From the NCBI GenBank assembly GCA_030626475.1, contig DAOUOW010000001.1, positions 108-64,107 on the forward strand: a stretch of DNA of 64,000 nt, in the 5' to 3' direction. This DNA is from Chloroflexota bacterium. GTDB lineage: Bacteria > Chloroflexota > Dehalococcoidia > E44-bin15. The translations under genes were made by a program, and so were the position numbers. The notes under the pieces were generated by a model. That model saw only the letters and a list, made by a program, of their open reading frames with translations, was not told the origin of the DNA and did not search any database. Below are positions 1-9,239 of this stretch, one piece after another (within the stretch, counting starts at the first letter, position 1; each line of letters opens with the position of its first letter).

Positions 1-812
1 ACCTGGAGGTCATCGCCAAGCAAACGGTGGGATTCAGCGGTGCTGACCTTGCCAACCTGGTGAACGAGGCAGCTATCCTGGCTGCCAGACGCAATAAGAA
101 GGCCATCGGCCTTGCCGAACTGGAGGAATCCATTGACCGGGTGATGGCTGGCCCAGAGAGGAAGAGCAGGGTCATAAGCCACAAGGAGAAGGAGGTCACC
201 GCTCACCATGAGGCTGGCCATGCTTTGGTAGCAAGGATGCTGCCCCATGCCGACCCGGTGCACAAGGTTACCATCGTCACCCGAGGGATGATGGCGGGTT
301 ATACCCGCTTCCTGCCGGCCGAGGACCGCTCTCTATGGACGCGTTCCCAGCTCAACGACCAACTGGCAAGCATGCTGGGTGGTCATGCCGCTGAGGACCT
401 TATCTTTGGCGAAATGACCACCGGAAGCCGCAGCGACATCGAGCAGGCAACGAAAATTGCGCGCAAGATGGTCACCGAATGGGGGATGAGCGAGAGGCTA
501 GGCCCACGCACTTTTGGACGCAGGGAAGAGCTGGTATTCCTGGGCCGAGAGGTGGCGGAGCAGAAAGACTATAGCGAGAAGACAGCCCAGAAGATCGATG
601 AGGAGGTTAACGCCGTTATCCAGCATGCCCATGATGTAGCTACAGAGATCCTCACCAAGAATAGAGCCAAGCTGGTGCAGTTAGCGGAGGCATTGATCGC
701 TGAAGAGACCCTAGAGGGTAAAGATCTGGAGGCGCTGTTCAATGCCCCCGTTCCCTCGCCTGCTGAGGAGCAGGCATCCGAAGAGCAGAAGCCATCCGAC
801 TTGCCTGATTAG
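1..812 (+). CDS. ftsH: ATP-dependent zinc metalloprotease FtsH, C-terminal part; the 5' end lies beyond the window edge
   Basis: HEAGHALVA zinc-binding HEXXH motif, an AAA lid segment (GFSGADLANLVNEAAI) and a typical acidic tail. The reading frame runs open to position 1. Stop codon at 810-812. Confidence 0.85.
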   Translation, partial: LEVIAKQTVGFSGADLANLVNEAAILAARRNKKAIGLAELEESIDRVMAGPERKSRVISHKEKEVTAHHEAGHALVARMLPHADPVHKVTIVTRGMMAGYTRFLPAEDRSLWTRSQLNDQLASMLGGHAAEDLIFGEMTTGSRSDIEQATKIARKMVTEWGMSERLGPRTFGRREELVFLGREVAEQKDYSEKTAQKIDEEVNAVIQHAHDVATEILTKNRAKLVQLAEALIAEETLEGKDLEALFNAPVPSPAEEQASEEQKPSDLPD

Positions 813-813
813 T

Positions 814-1200
814 ATGTTTGAAGCGACGCAAAACCCTATCGATCCCCATCTTGTCCTGGACAGCCTGAAAAGGGATACCCACGGTGCTCTGGTAAGCTTC
901 ATCGGGACGGCACGGGGATATTCCGCAGACGGAAAGAGGGTCCTCTTTGTCGAGTGTGAAGGGGACAAGGAAGTGGTGGAGCAGAAGTTGCAGGAGGTGG
1001 GTGATGATATTCGTAAGCGGTGGCAGCTTGAGGATATAGCTCTTTGCCACCGGCTGGGTCGGATCGGAGTGGGGGAAACCATCCTAGTTGCTGCTGTTGC
1101 CGCCCCTCACCGCCAGGAAGCCTTTGAGGCCTGCCAATACGCAATCGACCGCGTCAAAGAAAGGGTTCTGCTAAGGGAGGTTTTAGCTGAAGGGGCTTAG
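814..1200 (+). CDS. MoaE-like molybdopterin synthase catalytic subunit
   Basis: About 128 aa, with a GALVSFIGTAR segment resembling the MoaE GxVxxFxGxVR region. The ATG at 814 lies directly after the ftsH stop; the ORF-track start at 742 overlaps ftsH and is probably not used. Confidence 0.45.
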   Translation: MFEATQNPIDPHLVLDSLKRDTHGALVSFIGTARGYSADGKRVLFVECEGDKEVVEQKLQEVGDDIRKRWQLEDIALCHRLGRIGVGETILVAAVAAPHRQEAFEACQYAIDRVKERVLLREVLAEGA

Positions 1201-1210
1201 CCCCTATTTT
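1191..1210 (+). terminator. Candidate intrinsic terminator: AGGGGCT-T-AGCCCCT hairpin followed by ATTTT
   Basis: A 7-bp inverted repeat overlapping the moaE-like stop codon, then a short T-run. It lies between convergent genes. Confidence 0.3.
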
Positions 1211-1230
1211 GGCTATATGCTCAGGGTTAG

Positions 1231-2223
1231 TTAAAAGAGCTCGCCGAAGGAGATAAGGAGCCAACTGATCCCGGCGCATATAGGAAAGGTCAGCACCCAG
1301 GCGAGAACGATGTTTCCAGCGACACCCCAGCGCACTGCGGAAAGCCGTTTTGTCGCCCCCACCCCCATAATGGAGGTGCTGATGCAATGGGTGGTGCTCA
1401 CCGGGATGCCAAAGCTAGAGGCAACCTCGATAACCGCTGCCGCCGAGCCTTGGGCGGCAAAGCCGTGAACCGGGCGCAGGGCGGTGATCCTTGTCCCTAC
1501 AGTCCTTACAACGCGCCAGCCGCCAAGTAAAGTGCCCAGAGCGATGGCCGAGCCGGAAAGGACCCACATCCAGGGGTCAATTTGAAGCTGATCCGTGCCG
1601 CGATGGATCATAAGGGCCAGAGCGATGATGCCTATGGGCATCTGGCCATCGTTCTTGCCATGGCTGTAAGCTAAAAAAGCAGCGGTGAGGATCTGGAGGC
1701 GACTGAAAAGGCCTTCCACCCTGAGCGGAGCAGCACGCCGAAGTATCCAGGATAAGCCAACCATCACGGTTAGGCCTCCGGCAAAGCCTAAGAGAGGGGC
1801 GATACCTACTGCCGAGAGCACCTTGCCAAAACCACTCCACATAATAACCCCGCTCCCCTCAGCGGCAAACCCTGCCCCCACCAGCCCGGCAATAAAGCCG
1901 TGGCTTATGCTCACGGGAAGACCCAAGAAGGTTGCTGCCGCTCCCCAGATAATCACCGCAGCCAGGGAGGCAAATATGATGTCATAGCCCTCGCTGAGCA
2001 CACCTGGGTTGATGATCTTGGTGCCTATGAATATAGCTACTGCTGTTCCGGTGGCTGCGCCGGCGAAGTTCATAACGGCAGCCATGCCTACGGCACGGAG
2101 AGGAGAGAGAACGCGGGTACTTACTACAGTGGCGATAGCATTAGCGGCGTCGTTGAAACCATTAACAAGAGCAAAGCCGATAGCGAAAATTATGACAAAA
2201 ATGAAAAGCGCCGACTCAGGCAC
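1231..2223 (-). CDS. pit: Inorganic phosphate transporter, PiT family
   Basis: NGFNDAANAIATVV PiT signature. Multi-pass hydrophobic protein of 330 aa. Confidence 0.85.
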   Translation of the reverse strand: MPESALFIFVIIFAIGFALVNGFNDAANAIATVVSTRVLSPLRAVGMAAVMNFAGAATGTAVAIFIGTKIINPGVLSEGYDIIFASLAAVIIWGAAATFLGLPVSISHGFIAGLVGAGFAAEGSGVIMWSGFGKVLSAVGIAPLLGFAGGLTVMVGLSWILRRAAPLRVEGLFSRLQILTAAFLAYSHGKNDGQMPIGIIALALMIHRGTDQLQIDPWMWVLSGSAIALGTLLGGWRVVRTVGTRITALRPVHGFAAQGSAAAVIEVASSFGIPVSTTHCISTSIMGVGATKRLSAVRWGVAGNIVLAWVLTFPICAGISWLLISFGELF

Positions 2224-2845
2224 GCTTTATCATTACCCCTTCGAGGATATCAGCGATGTCCTCGCATCTGTCGACGGCGTTCTCCATGTTTTCATAGATC
2301 TCCATCCACTTGATCACATTAGTGACGTCCACCTGCTCATGGAAAAGCTCTGCCAGGGCGGAGCGTCTCACAGCGTCAGCCTCATTTTCCAGTCGATTTA
2401 TCTCGATGCAGTGCTCTCTCATGTGGCTCAGCTCACGGCGGTGGCGCAGCCGGGGTATTGCTTTGCTCACCTCGGTAGTCACCGTGACCAGGATATCGGC
2501 TATCTCCTTCGCCCTCTCCGTAGGTTTTTCAATGCCGTAGAGTACCATGCGCACAGCAGCAGCTTCGATGAAGTCCATCACATCGTCCATACGATTGGCA
2601 AGCAGGGCAATGTCCTCCCTGTCGATGGGGGTAACAAAGGTGCCATGAAGTTGGGCAATGATGCGGTGGGTGATGTGGTCCCCGTGGTGTTCCAGCTCAG
2701 TGATTTGCCCTATCTTTCCCTCCACATCCTCCCAATTATGCAGCAGTTCAGCGAGGAGACTGGCCGCCTTTACGAAGTTATGGGTGCTCTCCTCAAAGAG
2801 GTCGAAGAACTTTGCCTCCCGTGGCAGGAAATGGAATCTACGCAA
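2216..2845 (-). CDS. PhoU-like / DUF47 family Pit accessory protein
   Basis: A 209-aa helical protein immediately upstream of pit on the same strand, overlapping it by 8 nt. This is the usual DUF47–Pit pairing. Confidence 0.7.
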   Translation of the reverse strand: MRRFHFLPREAKFFDLFEESTHNFVKAASLLAELLHNWEDVEGKIGQITELEHHGDHITHRIIAQLHGTFVTPIDREDIALLANRMDDVMDFIEAAAVRMVLYGIEKPTERAKEIADILVTVTTEVSKAIPRLRHRRELSHMREHCIEINRLENEADAVRRSALAELFHEQVDVTNVIKWMEIYENMENAVDRCEDIADILEGVMIKRA

Positions 2846-2959
2846 GGGCTATCTCCTTTTATATCAGCTTAAATTAGCAGAGAGGAGCCGCATTGTCAAT
2901 ACAATTCTCTTTAAGCCAGCAATCTGATATAATAATTGAATGCGCTAAAGGGAGGCTGT

Positions 2960-3376
2960 TTGAGCAAAAGGTTTGAGGTCATCGAACATACGGCAGATGT
3001 GTGCATTGCCGCCTATGGCTCAGACGTAAAGGAGGCGTTCGCCAACGCTGCTTATGCCCTCTTTAGCCTGATGATTGACCTTAAGCATGTCAGCGATAAC
3101 CTTGACCGCGAGGTGGAGGTGACGGCGGAGAATCAACAGGACCTTCTTGTAGCCTGGCTCAACGAGCTGATCTATCTTTTTGAGGTGGAGGGCATCCTGT
3201 TTAAGAGGTTTAGGATTGATGAGCTCACCGAGACCAAGCTTAAGTCGAGGTGCTATGGGGAGAAGGTGGACCCGGTGCGACATAAGATAAGGGTGGGGGT
3301 CAAGGCAGCTACCTACCATATGCTCAAGGTAGAGAAGAACAACGGATTTAGAGTTCAGGTGCTGTTCGATATTTAG
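2960..3376 (+). CDS. Archease (RtcB activator)
   Basis: EHTADV motif near the N-terminus and a C-terminal KAATYHMLKVEK...VLFDI region typical of archease. Probable TTG start at 2960, 4 nt after AAAGGGAGG; the ORF-track start at 2936 would precede the RBS. Confidence 0.8.
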   Translation: MSKRFEVIEHTADVCIAAYGSDVKEAFANAAYALFSLMIDLKHVSDNLDREVEVTAENQQDLLVAWLNELIYLFEVEGILFKRFRIDELTETKLKSRCYGEKVDPVRHKIRVGVKAATYHMLKVEKNNGFRVQVLFDI

Positions 3377-3381
3377 AGGGG

Positions 3382-4848
3382 GTGATGGCGATGCCGCGTT
3401 GGCAGGGAACATTAAAGAAAATAGATGATTATCGCTGGGAGATCCCTCAAAGCTACAAGGCGGGTATGAGCGTGCCCGGGCTTATTTATGCCGACGAGGC
3501 CATGCTAGAGCATATTCGGGAGGACCAGACCCCAGAGCAGGTGGCCAACGTTGCTTGCCTCCCCGGGATCGTCGCCAAGTCCCTGGCTATGCCCGATATC
3601 CACTGGGGCTACGGTTTCCCCATAGGGGGGGTTGCTGCTACCAGGGTTGAGGATGGCGTGATCTCTCCTGGAGGGGTGGGCTATGACATTAACTGTGGGG
3701 TGCGCCTCCTCCGCACTAATCTGATGAAGGAGAAGGTCAGCCCCAAGATTGAGGAGCTGGTATCCGAGCTTTATCGAGCTATCCCTTCAGGGGTGGGCTC
3801 TCAGGGAAGATTGAGGTTGGGCCAGAAGGAAATAGACAAGGTTCTGGTCATGGGCGCCAGATGGGCGGTGGAGCAGGGATATGGGGAGGCGAGGGATTTG
3901 GAGGTCACTGAGGCCAACGGGAGTATGCCTGGTGGTGATCCCCAGTGTGTGAGCACTAAAGCGAAGCAGCGAGGCGGTCCCCAGCTAGGGACCTTGGGCG
4001 CGGGGAACCATTTTCTGGAGGTTGAGGTAGTGGAGGAGATCTACGAGCCTGCTATCGCTGCGGTCATGGGGATTGAAAAGGTGGGGCAGGTGCTGCTCCT
4101 GATTCACACCGGCTCGCGAGGCTTTGGTCATCAGGTTTGCACCGACCATTTAGTGACTATGGGAGCGGCGGTGCAGAGATATGGCATCCACCTACCCGAC
4201 CGCCAGCTTGCTTGTGCCCCGGTGAAATCCCCGGAGGGCAAGGACTACTTTGCCGCTATGGTCTGCGCTGCCAACTATGCCTGGGCCAATCGCCAGTGCA
4301 TCACCCACTGGGCACGGGAATGCTTCGTTAAGGTCTTTGGCCAGAGCCAGCGTGAACTGGGCCTGGAGATGGTATATGATGTGGCGCACAATATCGCCAA
4401 GATGGAGGAGCACGAGGTAGATGGGAAGAGGGTTTCCCTCTGCATCCATCGCAAGGGGGCAACCAGGGCCTTCCCCACGGGACATCCGGAGGTTCCCGCT
4501 ATCTATGCCGAGATTGGGCAGCCAGTGCTCATCCCTGGCGATATGGGTCGCTACTCCTACGTCCTGGTAGGCACACAGAGGGCGATGGAGGAAACCTTTG
4601 GTTCCACCTGTCATGGGGCAGGCAGGTTGCAGAGTCGCACGGCAGCCAAGCGAAGCCAGCGCGGGGTTGATGTTGCCCGAAGGCTCGCTCAGAGGGGAAT
4701 TACAGTCAAGACAGGAAGCATGGCGTCCCTCGCTGAGGAGGCATCAGAGGCATATAAGGATGTCACTGCAGTGGTGGAGGTAACCCACAGGGCAGGGATC
4801 TCACGTAAGGTGGCCAAAGCAAGACCCCTAGGGGTAGTCAAGGGCTAG
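3382..4848 (+). CDS. rtcB: RNA-splicing ligase RtcB
   Basis: HWGYGFPIGGVAA and GYDINCGVR metal-site motifs with a C-terminal HGAGR region. 488 aa, directly downstream of archease. Confidence 0.9.
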   Translation: MMAMPRWQGTLKKIDDYRWEIPQSYKAGMSVPGLIYADEAMLEHIREDQTPEQVANVACLPGIVAKSLAMPDIHWGYGFPIGGVAATRVEDGVISPGGVGYDINCGVRLLRTNLMKEKVSPKIEELVSELYRAIPSGVGSQGRLRLGQKEIDKVLVMGARWAVEQGYGEARDLEVTEANGSMPGGDPQCVSTKAKQRGGPQLGTLGAGNHFLEVEVVEEIYEPAIAAVMGIEKVGQVLLLIHTGSRGFGHQVCTDHLVTMGAAVQRYGIHLPDRQLACAPVKSPEGKDYFAAMVCAANYAWANRQCITHWARECFVKVFGQSQRELGLEMVYDVAHNIAKMEEHEVDGKRVSLCIHRKGATRAFPTGHPEVPAIYAEIGQPVLIPGDMGRYSYVLVGTQRAMEETFGSTCHGAGRLQSRTAAKRSQRGVDVARRLAQRGITVKTGSMASLAEEASEAYKDVTAVVEVTHRAGISRKVAKARPLGVVKG

Positions 4849-4978
4849 CTGTATAGTAATTGCGCATCCAGATTTCAACTCTGCCCTGGCTCGTTGACAG
4901 CAGGGAAGCAATGGTGATAAACTGGGCAAAGTTTTTTGCAACGCTTTGATAGCATAGGTCGTAATCTAAGGAACAAAG

Positions 4979-5272
4979 GTGAGCGAAGCTTATAGTGATG
5001 CGTTGGCAATAACCATAATAGCTGTGGGAGCCCTCATTGTTATTTCCTTCTTTTTTATCGGGGTAACCCGCGTCCTGGAATGGGTGGCGAGGCGTGGTGT
5101 CAATGAGGTAGAGGTCAGCGCCCCAGCAGAAGCAGCGAGGAGGAAAAGGGCGCTAATCGCCGCTGCAGCCATAACTCGTTACCTGAAGGCGGAGCGGCGC
5201 GGCACTCCAGGAAGATCCAGAGAAAGCACAGCCGCTAAACCTGAGCCCAGTGAACAAGATGAGGAAAAATGA
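4979..5272 (+). CDS. Small membrane anchor subunit of a Na+-translocating biotin decarboxylase (OadG/MmdD-like)
   Basis: 97 aa with a single N-terminal TM helix and an Ala/Arg-rich tail. GTG start. Overlaps the downstream biotin-carrier gene by 4 nt. Confidence 0.45.
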   Translation: MSEAYSDALAITIIAVGALIVISFFFIGVTRVLEWVARRGVNEVEVSAPAEAARRKRALIAAAAITRYLKAERRGTPGRSRESTAAKPEPSEQDEEK

Positions 5273-5676
5273 AGCGGAAATTCAAGATCACCATAGAGGG
5301 TGAGAGCTACGAGGTAGAGGTGGAGGAGATTGAGGAAGCGGGGCCTAAAGCTCCGCCGTCGCCGGCTAAGGCTCCTCCCACTACTCCAGGGAGGCCCCCA
5401 GCAGACCCTAGAGCGTCATCCTCTTCGGTAACAAAGCCACCACCAGCCAAGGTTGCGGCTGAGGAAGTGGTTACCTCTCCCATGCCGGGAACAATTGTCT
5501 CCATCAAGGTCAAAACTGGCGATGTGGTGAAGACAGGCGACATTCTGCTCATATTGGAGTCGATGAAGATTCAGAACGAGATACCCGCTCCTCGGGATGG
5601 GAAGATAAAGCAAATATTTGTAGCTGAAGGTAAATATGTCAGGAGAAGGGAGCCGCTGGTAGCTATCGAGGGATAA
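5269..5676 (+). CDS. Biotin carboxyl carrier protein (biotinyl domain with an Ala/Pro linker)
   Basis: C-terminal biotinyl domain with LESMKIQNEI around the biotinyl-lysine, preceded by a Pro/Ala-rich linker. Confidence 0.8.
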   Translation: MKRKFKITIEGESYEVEVEEIEEAGPKAPPSPAKAPPTTPGRPPADPRASSSSVTKPPPAKVAAEEVVTSPMPGTIVSIKVKTGDVVKTGDILLILESMKIQNEIPAPRDGKIKQIFVAEGKYVRRREPLVAIEG

Positions 5677-5679
5677 AGA

Positions 5680-6810
5680 GTGCTAGACAAAGTCGTCGAC
5701 TTCTTTCAATTCAGCGGTTTTGCCAATTTCCATTGGGGCAATCCGCTGATGATTTTAGTTGGCTGCGTGCTCATCTATCTCGCCATCCGCAAACAGTATG
5801 AACCCCTGCTTCTAATTCCAATAGGTTTCGGTGTCATCCTCGCCAATCTGCCCGTTACCGGTTTGATGGGGTCAGGTACCGAAGGAGGGCCCGAGGGACT
5901 CCTTTCCTATCTTTACCTGGGGGTAAAGTTTGCCATATTCCCCCCTATAATCTTCCTCGGCATCGGGGCGTTAACCGACTTCAGCCCCCTCCTCTCCAAC
6001 CCCAAGACCTTTTTCCTTGGGGGTGCCGCTCAGCTAGGCATCTTCGCTGCCCTCTTTTGCGCTCTGGCTGCTGGCTTCACCTTAAATGAGGCGGGGAGCA
6101 TTGGCATCATCGGCGGTGCCGATGGCCCTACGGCGATCTATACTTCAGCCCTGCTTGCTCCTAATATATTGGGTCCGGTGGCCATTGCTGCCTATTCCTA
6201 TATGTCTCTGGTACCCATTATTCAGCCGCCGATAATGAGGCTCCTCACCACAAAGAAAGAGAGAGCCATTGTCATGGAGGAGTCCCGCACCGTCTCCAGG
6301 CAGGAGCTCATCCTGTTCCCCATCATCGTTACGGTGATGGTGATCCTGTTGCTGCCTAAAGCGGCACCACTAATCGGGATGTTGATGTTTGGCAATCTAC
6401 TCCGGGAGAGCGGGGTTGTGGAGAGATTGGCGAGAACAGCGGGGAATGAGCTCATAAATATCATCACCATCTTTCTGGCGCTGTCTATCGGGGCAACGAT
6501 GGCTGCGGATACGGTGCTCACCTGGAAGGTCATCGAGATATTTGGCTTAGGTCTCTTCGCCTTTGCTTTCGGGACGGCAGGGGGTGTTTTGATCGGGAAG
6601 GTGATGTGCAAGCTGACCAAGGGTCGGGTCAATCCCCTCATCGGTGCTGCCGGGGTTTCTGCAGTTCCTATGTCCGCTAGAGTGGTCCAGGCTGAGGGGC
6701 AGCGAGAGAATCCACAGAATTTCCTCCTCTATCATGCCATGGGACCAAATGTTGCTGGAGTCATCGCCTCTGCTACCGTGGCCGGATTACTGATAAGCTT
6801 CTTAGAGTAG
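5680..6810 (+). CDS. Na+-transporting oxaloacetate/methylmalonyl-CoA decarboxylase beta subunit
   Basis: 376-aa polytopic membrane protein whose conserved segments match the OadB/MmdB/GcdB family. Confidence 0.85.
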   Translation: MLDKVVDFFQFSGFANFHWGNPLMILVGCVLIYLAIRKQYEPLLLIPIGFGVILANLPVTGLMGSGTEGGPEGLLSYLYLGVKFAIFPPIIFLGIGALTDFSPLLSNPKTFFLGGAAQLGIFAALFCALAAGFTLNEAGSIGIIGGADGPTAIYTSALLAPNILGPVAIAAYSYMSLVPIIQPPIMRLLTTKKERAIVMEESRTVSRQELILFPIIVTVMVILLLPKAAPLIGMLMFGNLLRESGVVERLARTAGNELINIITIFLALSIGATMAADTVLTWKVIEIFGLGLFAFAFGTAGGVLIGKVMCKLTKGRVNPLIGAAGVSAVPMSARVVQAEGQRENPQNFLLYHAMGPNVAGVIASATVAGLLISFLE

Positions 6811-6832
6811 TGGGAAATAGGGGCGGAGCTTT

Positions 6833-7933
6833 TTAGATATTAAAGAGGAAGGTGCTCACATCACCATCACGCACGATGTAGTCCTTTCCCTCCACATGGA
6901 GCAGACCCTGTTTCCGTGCCTCAGCGATGCTGCCGCATTTCACTAAATCGTCAAATGCAATGACCTCCGCCCTGATGAATCCCCGTTCCATATCGGTGTG
7001 GACCTTCCCCGCTGCCTTCACTGCCGGTGTTTGGCGGTGAATAGTCCATGCTTTTACCTCATCGGAGACCACAGTGAAGAAGGAGATAAGCCCTAATAGC
7101 TCATAGGAGAGCCTGATCATCAAGTTTAGCGCCGCTTCTTCCAGACCCAGGGCAGAGCAAAACTCCTGGGCATCGGCATCTTCAAGCTGGGATAGCTCCA
7201 TCTCAAGCTTGCCACAGAGGACAACAGCTTGAGATTGTGAGCGTTGATATTTGGCCCGCCACTCCTGCTCCAGGGAGGAGGTTTGAGATAGCCTGTCCTC
7301 CCCGATATTGAACACCAGAAGCAGGGGCTTGGCGGTGAGAAACTGGTAGCTCAGGATCGCCTTTTTCTCCTCCTCAGTCAATTCCTGCTCCCGAATCGGC
7401 ACCTCATTTTCCAGGGCGCTCCTGATGTTAGCCAAAAGGGCTTTCTCCCTGGAGAAAGCCTCGCGCTCGTGGGGCTTCGCTGCTTTGAGGGAGGTCTCTA
7501 TCCGCTGCAGCCTCCTTTCGATGATGGCAAGGTCAGAGAAGGCAAGCTCCAAATCCAAATTGGCGACGTCTCTTTCTGGGTCGATGCTGCCATCAATATG
7601 GGGCACCGTTTCATCTTCGAAGGCACGCACCACATGGAGCAGGGCATCTGCTTTGCTCAGGTGGGCAAGGAACTGACCGCCAACCCCCTCACTCCGCCCC
7701 CAACCTTTAGGAGGCGCTGCCAGGTCCACATAGGTTACTTCAGCCGCGACTTTCCTCTTGGGGTGAAACATCTGATCCAGGACTTCGAGTCTGGGATCGG
7801 GCACCTTGGCCACCCCCATATTGGGCCCCGCAGCTGCGGGGGTATAGACGCCGACCTCGGCCTTGCCCCTGGTCACGGCATTGAACACTGTTGTCTTGCC
7901 GCTTTTTGGCAGCCCAATGATGGCAATTTCCAT
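6833..7933 (-). CDS. ychF: Ribosome-binding ATPase YchF
   Basis: GLPKSGKTT P-loop at the N-terminus and a C-terminal TGS domain (GKDYIVRDGDV). 366 aa. Confidence 0.9.
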   Translation of the reverse strand: MEIAIIGLPKSGKTTVFNAVTRGKAEVGVYTPAAAGPNMGVAKVPDPRLEVLDQMFHPKRKVAAEVTYVDLAAPPKGWGRSEGVGGQFLAHLSKADALLHVVRAFEDETVPHIDGSIDPERDVANLDLELAFSDLAIIERRLQRIETSLKAAKPHEREAFSREKALLANIRSALENEVPIREQELTEEEKKAILSYQFLTAKPLLLVFNIGEDRLSQTSSLEQEWRAKYQRSQSQAVVLCGKLEMELSQLEDADAQEFCSALGLEEAALNLMIRLSYELLGLISFFTVVSDEVKAWTIHRQTPAVKAAGKVHTDMERGFIRAEVIAFDDLVKCGSIAEARKQGLLHVEGKDYIVRDGDVSTFLFNI

Positions 7934-8036
7934 CTTTTCGCCCTGTTGCCACTAAGGCTATCATACCATATTCTGAATGATGGCTCTAGCCTGATGTTGA
8001 GCCATGCGCTAGAATAGAGGCGGAAAAGGAGGGCTG

Positions 8037-8993
8037 TTGCTCTACATACTTTTTGGCGCTGATGATTTCTCCCTTCGAGAAGAGCTGAAGAGGATCGAAG
8101 AGGGCCTGGGTGAGGGTGAGCTACTGGCATCCAACATCACGCTCTTTGACGGACGCCAGTTACGGTTAGGTCAACTCACGGATGTCTGTTATGCGGCGCC
8201 CTTTTTAGGTTTTCATCGCCTGGTCATCGTGGAGGGGCTTCTGGCCCGTGTTGAAGCGAGCGCCGACGATTGGCTGGCACTCAAAGACGCTGTCGCTGCT
8301 ATGCCACCGACCACGGTGCTGGTGCTTATCGATGGTCAACTGAAGAAGAATAACCCCTTGCTCCGTGAGCTTAGACCCCTAGCCACGGTGAAGGAATTTC
8401 CCCTGTTGCGCGGGGCAGCACTGAGGCAATGGATTGAGGAGCGAGTGACACGGGAAGGGGGCACCATCTCCCCCCAGGCGCTGAGGCTGCTTGCGGCGCT
8501 GGTGGGGAACAACCTCTGGGTTTTGGCCAGCGAGATCGAGAAGTTGCTCCTCTATGCCTCAGGACAGCGTATCGAAGAGGAAGATGTGAAGCGAGTGGTG
8601 AGCTACGCTCAGGAGGCGAGCGTCTTCACCATGGTTGACGCCCTCATCGAGGGCAGAGCCTCGACTGCAGCGCGATTGCTGCACCAGATGCTCGAGGAGG
8701 GGGCAACAGCACCCTATCTTCTAGTCATGATCACCAGGCAGCTTCGCCTTCTGCTTCAGGTAAAGGAGCTTGTCCTCAGCGGGGTTTCCCCTTCTGCGAC
8801 TAAGGGCCGGCTGGGTTTAGCCTCGGAGTATAGCCTGACCAAGGCGCTGGAGCAAAGCAAACGCTACTCCATGAAAAGGCTGGAGCAGGTGTATAAAAAG
8901 CTCCTGGAGACGGATTTGGCGATCAAGACCGGGATGTGGAAGGGGGAGCTTGCCCTCGACATCCTCATTGCCGAGCTCTGCGGTGTGCCCTAG
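8037..8993 (+). CDS. holA: DNA polymerase III delta subunit
   Basis: N-terminal YILFGADDFSLRE delta-subunit signature, 318 aa. TTG start. Confidence 0.75.
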   Translation: MLYILFGADDFSLREELKRIEEGLGEGELLASNITLFDGRQLRLGQLTDVCYAAPFLGFHRLVIVEGLLARVEASADDWLALKDAVAAMPPTTVLVLIDGQLKKNNPLLRELRPLATVKEFPLLRGAALRQWIEERVTREGGTISPQALRLLAALVGNNLWVLASEIEKLLLYASGQRIEEEDVKRVVSYAQEASVFTMVDALIEGRASTAARLLHQMLEEGATAPYLLVMITRQLRLLLQVKELVLSGVSPSATKGRLGLASEYSLTKALEQSKRYSMKRLEQVYKKLLETDLAIKTGMWKGELALDILIAELCGVP

Positions 8994-9136
8994 ATTTCAG
9001 GTTTGCCACCCTGAACCGACCCTCATTTGACTGGACGACCAAGTGCCCTAACCCACCCTTGCCCCAACCACAAACCCCAGAATAGCACCCACTGTAACAC
9101 AAGCCCCGCCTGATGATGACAGCTCCAACTCCCCGC

Positions 9137-9165
9137 TTGACAGCGAGCGAGCAGGGGTTTAGCAT
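9137..9165 (+). promoter_or_regulatory. Sigma70-like promoter candidate: TTGACA, 17 nt, TAGCAT
   Basis: A consensus -35 hexamer, a 17-nt spacer and a near-consensus -10, about 75 nt upstream of the DUF169 start. Confidence 0.3.
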
Positions 9166-9239
9166 AGTCACATTCAGTTGAAATGGGAAATCCCGGTTAA
9201 CGTATGAAAAACAATCGAAAAGGCAAAGGAGAAAAGAAG

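Noticed and set aside
742-813. N-terminal extension of the MoaE-like ORF overlapping ftsH
   Set aside because: The ATG at 814 directly after the ftsH stop gives a normal-length protein. The upstream extension would overlap ftsH by 70 nt.
4849-4978. Possible terminator or promoter between rtcB and the decarboxylase operon (GCAAAGTTTTTTGC)
   Set aside because: The stem is only 4 bp and the hexamer matches are weak, so it is too uncertain to call.
9204-9239. Earlier start for the DUF169 gene (MKNNRKGKGEKK...)
   Set aside because: The AAAGGAG RBS lies inside this extension and fits the ATG at 9240 better.
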